Virus record (IMG/VR): IMGVR_UViG_3300042934_000573 | Coordinates: 1-44,780 of that record | Origin: a virus | Taxonomy: Duplodnaviria; Caudoviricetes | Length of the DNA: 44,780 nt | Strand: one strand, 5' to 3' | Shown: one piece after another, positions 23,946-32,559 of the stretch | Layout: every line of letters begins with the position of its first letter | How positions within the stretch are numbered: position 1 is the stretch's first letter | The notes under the pieces: generated by a model | Told to the model about the DNA's origin: nothing | Seen by the model: only the letters and a program-made list of their open reading frames with translations | Databases searched by the model: none | Program-made: the position numbers and the translations under genes

Positions 23946-25576
23946 TGGTGCAGATACTCGACCAATACGGGAAGCCGATGGCCCCATTACCCAGGGGGCG
24001 TAGACAGGCGCTAAATGGTTACAGTGAAACCCCCTATGATGCGGCTAGCTCTTACAGTTCTGAGCTGGCTAACTGGGTCCCATATCTGGGCTCTCCCGAT
24101 AACGAAATTAACAATTATCGTGACAGGATTGTTTCCCGTGTCCGTGATCTCGTTCGTAATGACGGCTGGGCCAGCGGTGGTGTTACCAGGATTCTTGATA
24201 ATGCCGTTGGTGCTGTATTCCGGCCAATTGTAAAACCAGACTATCGCGCGCTGGCATTCTATACGGGCAATAAATCGTTTGATGCTACGTGGGCTGATGA
24301 GTACGGGCGAGCGGTTGAAGCGGCGTTTCGTACCTGGTCAACGGCGGAGGGGCGTTATTGCGATGTTGAGCGGAAATTAACTGTTTCTCAAATGTTTCGG
24401 TTAGCGTTCCGTCATAAGTTAATTGACGGTGACGCGCTGGCCATCCTCCAGTTTCGCGAGGATCGCGTTGGCCGTGGCCGTGCGCATTTTGCTACAGCTA
24501 TTCAGATTGTTGACCCCGATCGACTAAGTAACCCGCAACAACAATTTGATTTAGAGCACATCCGGGGCGGCGTTGAGCTCGATGACGATGGCGCGCCGGT
24601 GGCGTACCACATCCGTAAAGCCCACGTTGGGGACTGGTGGTCCGCTGCTGATTCCGTGACATGGGAAAGAGTAGCCCGTGAAACGTCCTGGGGCCGTCCT
24701 GTGGTGGTTCATGATTTTGACCATGACCGGGCATCGCAACACAGGGGAACCGGTATTTTTACCCCTGTTGTCCAGCGGTTAAAAATGTTGGTTAAGTACG
24801 ATGCTACAGAATTAGAGTCCGCTGTTCTTAATGCAATTTTTGGGGCCTACATTGAGTCTCCCTATGATCCACAGCTGGTGGAGCAAGCTATGGGGACCTC
24901 TGTTGAAGATATCGCCAGTTACCAGGATCAGAGAAAAGAATTTCATGATGACCGCCGGTTAACCCTCGGGAACGGGGCTCGAATGCCCATTATGTTCCCA
25001 GGTGAAAAGGTGGTGACAGTTAACGCGGCTAGGCCAAGTAGTAATTTCCCCGCGTTTGAGTCCGCCGTTTTACGTAACACCTCCTCCGCGCTGGGTATCT
25101 CTGAATCACAGTTAACCCAGGACTGGTCAAAAGTTAATTACAGTTCCGCCCGTTCTGCGCTTCTTGAGGCGTGGAAAACACTTACCCGCCGTCGCATTGA
25201 TTTTGCCACTGGCTTTGCTCAACCAATATTAGGGGCGTTCATCGAGGAGTTACACGACACGGTAGATCTTCCCCTTCCTGCTGGTGCGCCGGAGTTTCTG
25301 GAATGTCGAACCGCGTATAGCCGTTCTCAGTGGATGGGCCCCGGCCGTGGCTGGGTCGATCCCGTTGCAGAGAAGAAAGGCGCGATTTTGGGTATGGATG
25401 CTGGATTGTCCACGCTTGAAATTGAGTGTTCTGAAAATGTGGGTGAGGACTGGGAGGACCTTCTTGATCAGCGTCAGCGCGAGATCGAAGCATTGAAAGA
25501 ACGTGGTTTACCGTTGCCCGCGTGGGCGATCAGCCAGGACGCAGAGGACACAATTAAGGAACCGGAGGAACAGTGA
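23945..25576 (+). CDS. Portal protein, lambda family
   Basis: RVRDLVRND...VNYSSARSALLE...GWVDPVAE. Confidence 0.95.
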   Translation: MVQILDQYGKPMAPLPRGRRQALNGYSETPYDAASSYSSELANWVPYLGSPDNEINNYRDRIVSRVRDLVRNDGWASGGVTRILDNAVGAVFRPIVKPDYRALAFYTGNKSFDATWADEYGRAVEAAFRTWSTAEGRYCDVERKLTVSQMFRLAFRHKLIDGDALAILQFREDRVGRGRAHFATAIQIVDPDRLSNPQQQFDLEHIRGGVELDDDGAPVAYHIRKAHVGDWWSAADSVTWERVARETSWGRPVVVHDFDHDRASQHRGTGIFTPVVQRLKMLVKYDATELESAVLNAIFGAYIESPYDPQLVEQAMGTSVEDIASYQDQRKEFHDDRRLTLGNGARMPIMFPGEKVVTVNAARPSSNFPAFESAVLRNTSSALGISESQLTQDWSKVNYSSARSALLEAWKTLTRRRIDFATGFAQPILGAFIEELHDTVDLPLPAGAPEFLECRTAYSRSQWMGPGRGWVDPVAEKKGAILGMDAGLSTLEIECSENVGEDWEDLLDQRQREIEALKERGLPLPAWAISQDAEDTIKEPEEQ

Positions 25577-26436
25577 AACAACTCCCTCATATAGCCCAGC
25601 ATTTGTTTAATACACCACTCATTATCCACCCCAAAAAAGCCGAAGTGATTATAGCCGCATTAACTGAGCGTCTGGGGATTACACGCATTGATGGGGCGTC
25701 AGCCTGGTATGACGATGATGATGATTCGTTTACCAGAAAAGGACGGAAAGCTGATACCGGCTATGACCTTGTTGACGGTATAGCGATCATCTCAGTCCAG
25801 GGAACGTTAGTCCAAAAGCTAGGGACGTTGCGGCCGTGGTCCGGGATGACCGGTTATGACGGCATCCGGCAAAGCTTTATCACGGCTATAAATGACCCGG
25901 AGGTTAAGGGGATTTGCCTGGATATAGATTCCCCTGGCGGTGAGGTGGCTGGTTGTTTTGACCTTGCTGACGAAATTTACGCGGCGCGCGGGGCAAAGCC
26001 AATCCGCGCAATCTTATCTGAGTCCGCTTATTCCGCCGCATACGCCATAGCTAGCGCGGCGGACCATATTTCCGTCCCCCGTACCGGTGGTGTGGGCTCG
26101 ATTGGCGTTATTTTGATGCATGTCGATTGGTCTCAAAAGCTGGAAAAAGACGGGGTGAAAGTAACCATCGTGACCTTTGGTGATCGTAAAGGTGAGACAA
26201 GCCCAATGATTCCGCTAAGCGATCAGGCCCGTGACGGTCTCCAGGCTGAGATAGATGATATTGGGGCCTTATTCGTCGATACCGTAGCCCGTAACCGGGG
26301 GATTTCAGCGGATACCGTGCGCAATACACAGGCGGCGGTTTATCTGGCGGCCGAAGGTGTTTCCCTCGGTCTGGCTGATGTAGTAACGCCGCCTGATGCG
26401 GCTTTTCGTGATTTTCTCAACTTAATTAAGGATTAA
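25573..26436 (+). CDS. S49 family prohead protease
   Basis: LDIDSPGGEV, AYSAAYAIAS, GSIGV. Confidence 0.93.
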   Translation: MKQLPHIAQHLFNTPLIIHPKKAEVIIAALTERLGITRIDGASAWYDDDDDSFTRKGRKADTGYDLVDGIAIISVQGTLVQKLGTLRPWSGMTGYDGIRQSFITAINDPEVKGICLDIDSPGGEVAGCFDLADEIYAARGAKPIRAILSESAYSAAYAIASAADHISVPRTGGVGSIGVILMHVDWSQKLEKDGVKVTIVTFGDRKGETSPMIPLSDQARDGLQAEIDDIGALFVDTVARNRGISADTVRNTQAAVYLAAEGVSLGLADVVTPPDAAFRDFLNLIKD

Positions 26437-26438
26437 CT

Positions 26439-27065
26439 ATGAATAAGTTTTCATTCGCCCATTTGCTGGGTCTGAATAAAGCGGCCAAAGCCTATCGCGC
26501 AGCGGACGATGATGATAAGGACGATGACGATACAAATGCAGTAGACGATGATGATAACGACGGTGATAACGGCGATTCGTCCAAAAAAGGTAAGAAGGGC
26601 AAAAAGGCCAATGATAACGACGATGACGCGGACGCGGACGACGATGACGACGACGCTGATGCAGACGATGACGATACGGATGCTGACGCCGATGACGATG
26701 ACGATGATGCTGATGCTGAGGAGGACGAAAACAAAGACGTCAAGAAAGGCCGTAAGGCCGAGCGTCAACGTTGCGCGGCTATTTTCAGTAGTAAATATGC
26801 CGCTGGCCGTCCAGATTTAGCGGCAACACTGGCATTTACAACGAAGCTTTCAGCGAATGAAGCGATCAGGGTTATGCGAGCCAACGGCCGAACCGTTATG
26901 GGGGCTGCTGTTCAACTGGGTCAGCCTAAACGCCAAACGCTCCAGGATCGTATGGCCAACGAACCGCAACCAAAAGTAGGAGTTACTGGCGGTAAAAAAG
27001 GTAACTCTACAGCCGAAAGAATGATGAGCCTTTATAACCGAACTGGTGGGAGTGATAAAAAATGA
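26439..27065 (+). CDS. Acidic scaffold-like (Nu3-like) head protein
   Basis: Poly-Asp tract then AERQRCAAIF; between protease and decoration genes. Confidence 0.65.
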   Translation: MNKFSFAHLLGLNKAAKAYRAADDDDKDDDDTNAVDDDDNDGDNGDSSKKGKKGKKANDNDDDADADDDDDDADADDDDTDADADDDDDDADAEEDENKDVKKGRKAERQRCAAIFSSKYAAGRPDLAATLAFTTKLSANEAIRVMRANGRTVMGAAVQLGQPKRQTLQDRMANEPQPKVGVTGGKKGNSTAERMMSLYNRTGGSDKK

Positions 27066-27463
27066 CAGTTAATCAAATTGGTAATAATCCGTGGCGTCCG
27101 GGAGTTGTTCAGGATGTTTACGTACCCGATCAGCTTGTTAGCGGCCCGCTCCAGCTCGTTACCGATACTGTGACCATTACTGGTGGCAAGGTGCTTAAAC
27201 GCGGTGCGGTGCTGGGTGTCGTGACCGTCAGCGGTGGCTATCAACTCAGTGTCAAATCGGCAACGGATGGTAGCGAAGTTCCGAGCGCCATTTTGGTTGA
27301 TGATGTTGACGCAACAGCTGGTGATGTACAGGGCGGCGTTTATCTGATGGGCGAGTTTAACGGCCATCGAATTATTATTGATGATTCCTGGACGGTTGAA
27401 ACTATCGCTCCAGCGTTACGCCCTTCAAGTATTTTCATTCGGGACGTTGTTAAAAACGACTAA
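27062..27463 (+). CDS. Head decoration protein (lambda gpD family)
   Basis: LKRGAVLG...ATDGSEVPSAIL...VYLMGEFN. Confidence 0.85.
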   Translation: MTVNQIGNNPWRPGVVQDVYVPDQLVSGPLQLVTDTVTITGGKVLKRGAVLGVVTVSGGYQLSVKSATDGSEVPSAILVDDVDATAGDVQGGVYLMGEFNGHRIIIDDSWTVETIAPALRPSSIFIRDVVKND

Positions 27464-27544
27464 TTTAAATACGGCTAATTAATATTTAACCCGCTAAATA
27501 ATTTATTTGGCGGCGGCATCCTATTATTTAAAAAGGTATATATC

Positions 27545-28609
27545 GTGAGTGATATGACTGTTTTTGACACGGCGACTTTAATTCAGGTAGTCCCGAATTT
27601 AAAAGTTGCGCAAAATTTCTTACTCGACCGATTTTTTCCAAATGTCGTAACGTCTGACACGGAAGAGGTTGCCATTGATGTTGATGTTGGCTTGCGTCGT
27701 ATGGCTCCATTCTGTTCCCCGCTCGTTGAGGGGAAAATGGTTGAAAGCCGTCGTTACCAGACCAACAAATTTAAACCGGCCTATATCAAAGACAAACGCG
27801 CTCCCGATTTACGTAAACCGATTCGCCGCCAAATTGGTGAGCGTATTGGCGGTGAGTTTACTGCTGCTGAGCGCGCCATGCTCAATATTCAGTTTGAAAT
27901 GGCTGATCAAATCGACATGTTAAACCGCCGTCTGGAATGGATGGCATCGTCTGCGCTGCAAACCGGCCGCGTAACGATTGCCGGTGAAGGGTTCCCGACA
28001 ACGGTAGTCGATTTTGGGCGAGACCCCGCTCTAACCGTGGCGCTGACTGGTTCGAGTGCCTGGCCATTAGTTGTAGCGGCTGGCGCTGAAAATACGATCC
28101 CAAGTGATTGTATCGAAGAATGGCAAGCGACTGTTTTACAAAAATCAGGAGTTGTTTGTACAGATATTGTATTTACAAATAAATCATGGGCGGCGTTTAA
28201 AAAAGATACCACGCTAAAAAACAGCGCGATCATTCTTCCAGCTCAAAACCCGTCAGGAAATATCATTAACCCAGGCGCACAGATTATGCCGGGTGCTATT
28301 CATAAAGGTACATGGGGTAACTATAACCTCTGGCTTTATAACGACTGGTTTATTGATGACCTGAATGGCGTTGAAATGCCAATGATTACTGATGGCATGG
28401 TCTTAATGAGTGGGCCACAAATGCAGGGTACTCGCGCATTTGGTGCAATTCTGGATGACTCGTTTAACTATGGTCCGATGGCATATGCGCCAAAAACTTG
28501 GGTTCCATTTGACCCGCCTCAACGTCAGCTGTTGATGCAGTCCGCGCCGATCGTCATTCCAAGCCAGGTTAACGGCTGTATGGCGGCAATGGTTATTGAT
28601 GAGAGCTGA
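27545..28609 (+). CDS. Major capsid protein (lambda gpE family)
   Basis: FLLDRFFP...RRMAPFCSP...FKPAYIK...RRLEWMA...VDFGRD...LMQSAP. Confidence 0.93.
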   Translation: MSDMTVFDTATLIQVVPNLKVAQNFLLDRFFPNVVTSDTEEVAIDVDVGLRRMAPFCSPLVEGKMVESRRYQTNKFKPAYIKDKRAPDLRKPIRRQIGERIGGEFTAAERAMLNIQFEMADQIDMLNRRLEWMASSALQTGRVTIAGEGFPTTVVDFGRDPALTVALTGSSAWPLVVAAGAENTIPSDCIEEWQATVLQKSGVVCTDIVFTNKSWAAFKKDTTLKNSAIILPAQNPSGNIINPGAQIMPGAIHKGTWGNYNLWLYNDWFIDDLNGVEMPMITDGMVLMSGPQMQGTRAFGAILDDSFNYGPMAYAPKTWVPFDPPQRQLLMQSAPIVIPSQVNGCMAAMVIDES

Positions 28610-28620
28610 GGTGAATAGCG

Positions 28621-29166
28621 ATGGCTCCAAAAACAAAAGAGCAAAAAACGGCTGCGGCCGGGTCTATTAATGATCTCAAAGAGGGAGATTTTTTAGATCC
28701 AGATTTGGGACTGGACCAGGACCTTACGGCCAGTGCTGGTCCCGCCGCTGGCGTTGACCCTGCGGCCGGTGCTGATGCCGGTGCTGATGCTGATGCTGAT
28801 GCTGCTGGTGCAGATGCCGCTGCTGGCGCTGGCCCTGCGGCTGGTGCCGATGCCGTTGCTGGCGCTGACCCTGACCCTGACCCTGTGGCCAGTGCTGATG
28901 CCGCTGCTGGCGTTGACCCTGCGGCTAATGCTGATCCCGCTGGTTATATCGCTGTGGTGGTTACGGGAGCTACGTTGAAGTTTAACGGTAAGCCATACTT
29001 GCATTCACAAACAGTGAAACTCCCGTTAAAAACGGCAGAGCGTCTGACGGCAATTGGGTTAGTTAAACAATTATCCGTAGTACGTCAGGAGCTTGAGGTT
29101 AAAGCTAGAGTTGGTCTATCCATAACGGCTGATGCCGGTGGCGTGGAGTTCATCACAGGGGGTTAA
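28621..29166 (+). CDS. Ala/Asp/Gly-repeat head accessory protein
   Basis: Low-complexity repeats; follows the MCP gene. Confidence 0.65.
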   Translation: MAPKTKEQKTAAAGSINDLKEGDFLDPDLGLDQDLTASAGPAAGVDPAAGADAGADADADAAGADAAAGAGPAAGADAVAGADPDPDPVASADAAAGVDPAANADPAGYIAVVVTGATLKFNGKPYLHSQTVKLPLKTAERLTAIGLVKQLSVVRQELEVKARVGLSITADAGGVEFITGG

Positions 29167-29169
29167 CCC

Positions 29170-29493
29170 GTGATTAATTGGGATGAAAAACTACTGGCCC
29201 CACTGCAAAAAGTATTTGGTCAGCCTATAAATTATCGGCCTAAGCGTGGTGTTGCTTTTGATACGGAAGGGATATTTGATCGCCCTTACTCAAAAGAATT
29301 TGAAACACTAGATGGTTCCTCCGAAATAAATACAACCTCTCCTGTTATTGGTGTGAGAGCTAGTGCGTTTTTGACGGAACCTGCACAGGGTGATCGTTTG
29401 TATATATATTCAGATAAAACAACTTATGTTGTATCTGATGTTCAACCAGATTCTCATGGTGGGTTAAAGTTAATACTAAACGTGAGCAAATAA
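29170..29493 (+). CDS. Head-tail joining protein
   Basis: GIFDRPY...PVIGVRAS...P.QGD...V.DVQPD.HG. Confidence 0.75.
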   Translation: MINWDEKLLAPLQKVFGQPINYRPKRGVAFDTEGIFDRPYSKEFETLDGSSEINTTSPVIGVRASAFLTEPAQGDRLYIYSDKTTYVVSDVQPDSHGGLKLILNVSK

Positions 29494-29494
29494 T

Positions 29495-30040
29495 ATGAAC
29501 TCTACTGAGGTCAGAAATTTGGCTGTTCTCGCGTTAAAAGATAATACGGACGCAGAGGAGAGGGTTTACTCTCCTCGCGACTGGTCTACCCGTAGCGATC
29601 TTTTTCCGTTAATTCTCATTCAGACTCATTCCGAAGATAAAAAAGGTATTGATAAAAACGCCCCTAAATTCAATACAACCACAACCTTACGTATAACGGC
29701 AAGGATTGAGGAGTTTGACGGGGAGTCGAATGAAGATGGCGCGATGAATGCTGAGGTTAAATTAGAGGAGTTACAGGAGCAAATAGAAAAATCATTGATT
29801 AATAGTTATGAATTAACCCGGCGTATTCAGCGTTACTCCTCCGTTTCATCAAGGATAGACGTTGATTCCAGCGGGGCAGGTCATATAGGTCAGCTTTTAA
29901 TGTTGGTCTCTGTTGAGTATTTTCAGGGGCCTGATGATTTTTACCCTGTTGTTTCTGATGAGCTAAAAGAGGTAGATATTTCTTTAGCCATGCCTGATGG
30001 GACTACGCGACCACAGGTCCAAATAAAGTTTGAGGGTTAA
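29495..30040 (+). CDS. Tail completion/terminator-like protein
   Basis: RVYSPR.W...P.I; position before the sheath gene. Confidence 0.6.
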   Translation: MNSTEVRNLAVLALKDNTDAEERVYSPRDWSTRSDLFPLILIQTHSEDKKGIDKNAPKFNTTTTLRITARIEEFDGESNEDGAMNAEVKLEELQEQIEKSLINSYELTRRIQRYSSVSSRIDVDSSGAGHIGQLLMLVSVEYFQGPDDFYPVVSDELKEVDISLAMPDGTTRPQVQIKFEG

Positions 30041-30043
30041 ACT

Positions 30044-30223
30044 ATGTTCGTCAAACCAAATGAAGGTTGCGAGATTCGCGATCCGTTTAAGCGCACCTTA
30101 CTACCAAAGGAAGGGGCGGAAGTTGCAGACAATGACCCTTTCTGGCAACGTCGCGTCCGTGATAAAGATGTTGTTGTAATAAATAAAAAATCTGACGTTA
30201 AACAAAAAGGAGGTAATAAATGA
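30044..30223 (+). CDS. DUF2635-like (Mu gp38-like) protein (59 aa, not in ORF track)
   Basis: MFVKPNEG..IRDP....LP.EGAEV...FWQRRVRDKDV; ATGA overlap with the sheath gene. Confidence 0.85.
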   Translation: MFVKPNEGCEIRDPFKRTLLPKEGAEVADNDPFWQRRVRDKDVVVINKKSDVKQKGGNK

Positions 30224-31728
30224 TTCCTTTTAATAACGTTCCCAGTAATTTACGAACGCCTTTATTTTACGCTGAGGTTGATAATTCTCAGGCTAATACC
30301 GCTGTCGTAAATCAGAATACGTTGATTATTGGTCAGATGTTAAGCACGGGTACAGCTACCGCCGACGAGCCTGTTATTTGTGCAAGCACGCCAAATGCTA
30401 AAGTTCTGGCCGGTCAGGGGTCTATGCTTGCGTCAATGATGGATGTTTATCTACAAAATGACAGTAGCGGGACCATTTATCTTTTACCTGTAATGGATGC
30501 CGCGACAGGGATGACAGGCGCTGAGGGGGCTCTAGTGATAACTGGTGTTCCTACGGCTAACGGCGTTATATCACTGTATATTGCCGGTATTCGTGTCCAG
30601 GTTGCCGTTGTTCCAACAGATACCAGCGATATTATCTCAGGGGCGATCATAGCAGCTATCGGTGCAAATGCTGATCTGCCTGTTAACGCTGAATTGGTTG
30701 CAGCCTCAGAGGATGATCCAGCTAAGGTGAAGTTGACTGCTAAAAACACTGGTGCTCTTGGAAATTCTATTGATATTCGTCTTAATTACCTGGGGGCAAG
30801 TGGGGGGGAGTCTTTACCTCCTGGGATCGATATTGCAATAACGAAGATGACTGGAGGGGCCGGAACTCCTGATCTATCAGCTGCGCTGGCCAGCCTACAT
30901 GATACGAATTACGATTTTATCGTTTTTCCGTATGATGATACGACTGCGCTTGATGCAGTGCGGGACTTTCTTAACGATCAGACAGGGCGCTGGAGCTATA
31001 GTCAGCAGACTTACGGCCACGCCTTTGGTGCAACGGCCGGGAGTTACGGAGTACTAACCTCAAAAGGTGAAGGACGCAACGATCAGCACGCGTCTCTGAT
31101 GGGGGTTTATGACTCTCCATCCCCATCATATTTATGGGCCGCAGGGTACGCGGGGGCCGCAGCTGTAAGTTTACGTAACGACCCAGGGCGTCCGCTGCAA
31201 ACGTTGGTCGTTCGTGGTGTTCTGGCTCCGCCTATGACGTCCCGCTTTTCTCTTACAGAGCGCAATACTTTACTGTATAGCGGTATTTCTACGTTTACGG
31301 TACAGCCTGATAACTCAGTCCAAATTGAAAACGTGATCACTACGTATCAACTGAATGGGTATGGCCAGCCAGATGACAGCTATTTGCAGGTTGAGACGTT
31401 ATTCCTTCTGATGTTCTGTATGCGTGATATGCGCGCGATCGTAACGTCAAAATTTGGTCGCGTAAAACTGGCAAAAGATGGAACGCGTTTTGCTCCTGGT
31501 TCCGCACTGGTGACGCCATCAACTATCAAGGCTGAATTGATAGCGGAGTATCAGTCGCTCGAATGGCAGGGCTACGTTCAGGACAGCAAAGGGTTTGCGG
31601 CCGGTTTGATTGTTGAACAGAATGCGAGTAACCCGAACCGTGTGGATGTTCTGTGGACTGGAATCCTGATCAACCAGCTCCGTATTTTTGCGGTTCTTGC
31701 TCAATTCCGCTTACAACCAACCTCATAA
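30220..31728 (+). CDS. Tail sheath protein (Mu gpL-like)
   Basis: IPFNNVPSNLRTPLFYAEVDNSQA...DPGRPLQTL...RVDVLW...NQLRIFA. Confidence 0.95.
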   Translation: MIPFNNVPSNLRTPLFYAEVDNSQANTAVVNQNTLIIGQMLSTGTATADEPVICASTPNAKVLAGQGSMLASMMDVYLQNDSSGTIYLLPVMDAATGMTGAEGALVITGVPTANGVISLYIAGIRVQVAVVPTDTSDIISGAIIAAIGANADLPVNAELVAASEDDPAKVKLTAKNTGALGNSIDIRLNYLGASGGESLPPGIDIAITKMTGGAGTPDLSAALASLHDTNYDFIVFPYDDTTALDAVRDFLNDQTGRWSYSQQTYGHAFGATAGSYGVLTSKGEGRNDQHASLMGVYDSPSPSYLWAAGYAGAAAVSLRNDPGRPLQTLVVRGVLAPPMTSRFSLTERNTLLYSGISTFTVQPDNSVQIENVITTYQLNGYGQPDDSYLQVETLFLLMFCMRDMRAIVTSKFGRVKLAKDGTRFAPGSALVTPSTIKAELIAEYQSLEWQGYVQDSKGFAAGLIVEQNASNPNRVDVLWTGILINQLRIFAVLAQFRLQPTS

Positions 31729-31744
31729 TATTTAAGGGTCTGCT

Positions 31745-32113
31745 ATGGCTGATACAACCGGTTTACTCGCGGGGACTGCTTACGTAACTGTTGATGGATT
31801 AACAGTTATGGTCGAGGGGTCATTTAAATACAAACCCACGCGCGTTAAGCGTGAAACATTAACCGGGATGGATGGTGTTCATGGTTATAAAGAAAAACCC
31901 TCAGCAGGGTCTATTTCTATGTCACTACGTGATAGCCGTGGAACATCGGTTATTGGGTTTAACAATCAAACAAATGTCACGGTGGTTGCTCAGCTTGCTA
32001 ATGGTAAAACCATTATCGGGAGTAATATGTGGACCGTCGATGAGCAGGAAGTAGATTCCGAAGATGCAAAGTTTGATGTTAAGTGGGAAGGCCTTTCCGT
32101 TACGGAGAATTAA
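31745..32113 (+). CDS. Tail tube protein (Mu gpM-like)
   Basis: AGTAYVTVDG...RETLTGMDGVHGYKE...LANGK. Confidence 0.9.
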   Translation: MADTTGLLAGTAYVTVDGLTVMVEGSFKYKPTRVKRETLTGMDGVHGYKEKPSAGSISMSLRDSRGTSVIGFNNQTNVTVVAQLANGKTIIGSNMWTVDEQEVDSEDAKFDVKWEGLSVTEN

Positions 32114-32115
32114 TT

Positions 32116-32430
32116 GTGGGTACTGTCGTAAACGATTTATCATTTCTTGATTCACTGGAACCATCATTTACGCTGACGCTCATTAAGCCATTAAAGTCAG
32201 TTGATGGAAAGGAAACTTATAATAGTTTCGTGATTAATGAGCCGTCTTTTTCTCAGATTGAACAGTTTTATCATGAACAATCAAAAAACGGAAATATGTC
32301 CGCCATGGGGCTTTTGATTTCACTATTAAGTGAGCCACTTGTGCCACATAATATAATTCAGGGTATGAATTATCGTGATTATAGAAAGGCTGAGGGATAT
32401 CTTCTGCCTTTTTTGAAATATCCTCAATAA
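32116..32430 (+). CDS. Tail assembly chaperone
   Basis: Between tube and tape measure genes; ends with a TTTTTTG slippery site. Confidence 0.8.
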   Translation: MGTVVNDLSFLDSLEPSFTLTLIKPLKSVDGKETYNSFVINEPSFSQIEQFYHEQSKNGNMSAMGLLISLLSEPLVPHNIIQGMNYRDYRKAEGYLLPFLKYPQ

Positions 32431-32555
32431 CCTGGGGGAACGCGATAGCAGAGGTCACTAAATTTTATCATTGGGGCCCTTTTGAGGCTGGCAACTTACC
32501 CGCCAGCCGTTTTTTATTCTGGCATTTGCAAATGAAACGAATGCTTAGAGGGTGA
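32409..32555 (+). CDS. -1 frameshift extension of the tail chaperone (GpE'-like)
   Basis: T6G at 32409-32415; the -1 frame reads ...IAEVTKFYHWGPFEAGNL...LFWHLQM.. to TGA 32553-32555. Confidence 0.8.
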   Translation, partial: FFEISSITWGNAIAEVTKFYHWGPFEAGNLPASRFLFWHLQMKRMLRG

Positions 32556-32559
32556 GCTT

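Noticed and set aside
26451-26820. Alternative-frame ORFs over the poly-Asp tract (and similar ones at 28693-29004)
   Set aside because: Shadow ORFs produced by low-complexity codon repeats
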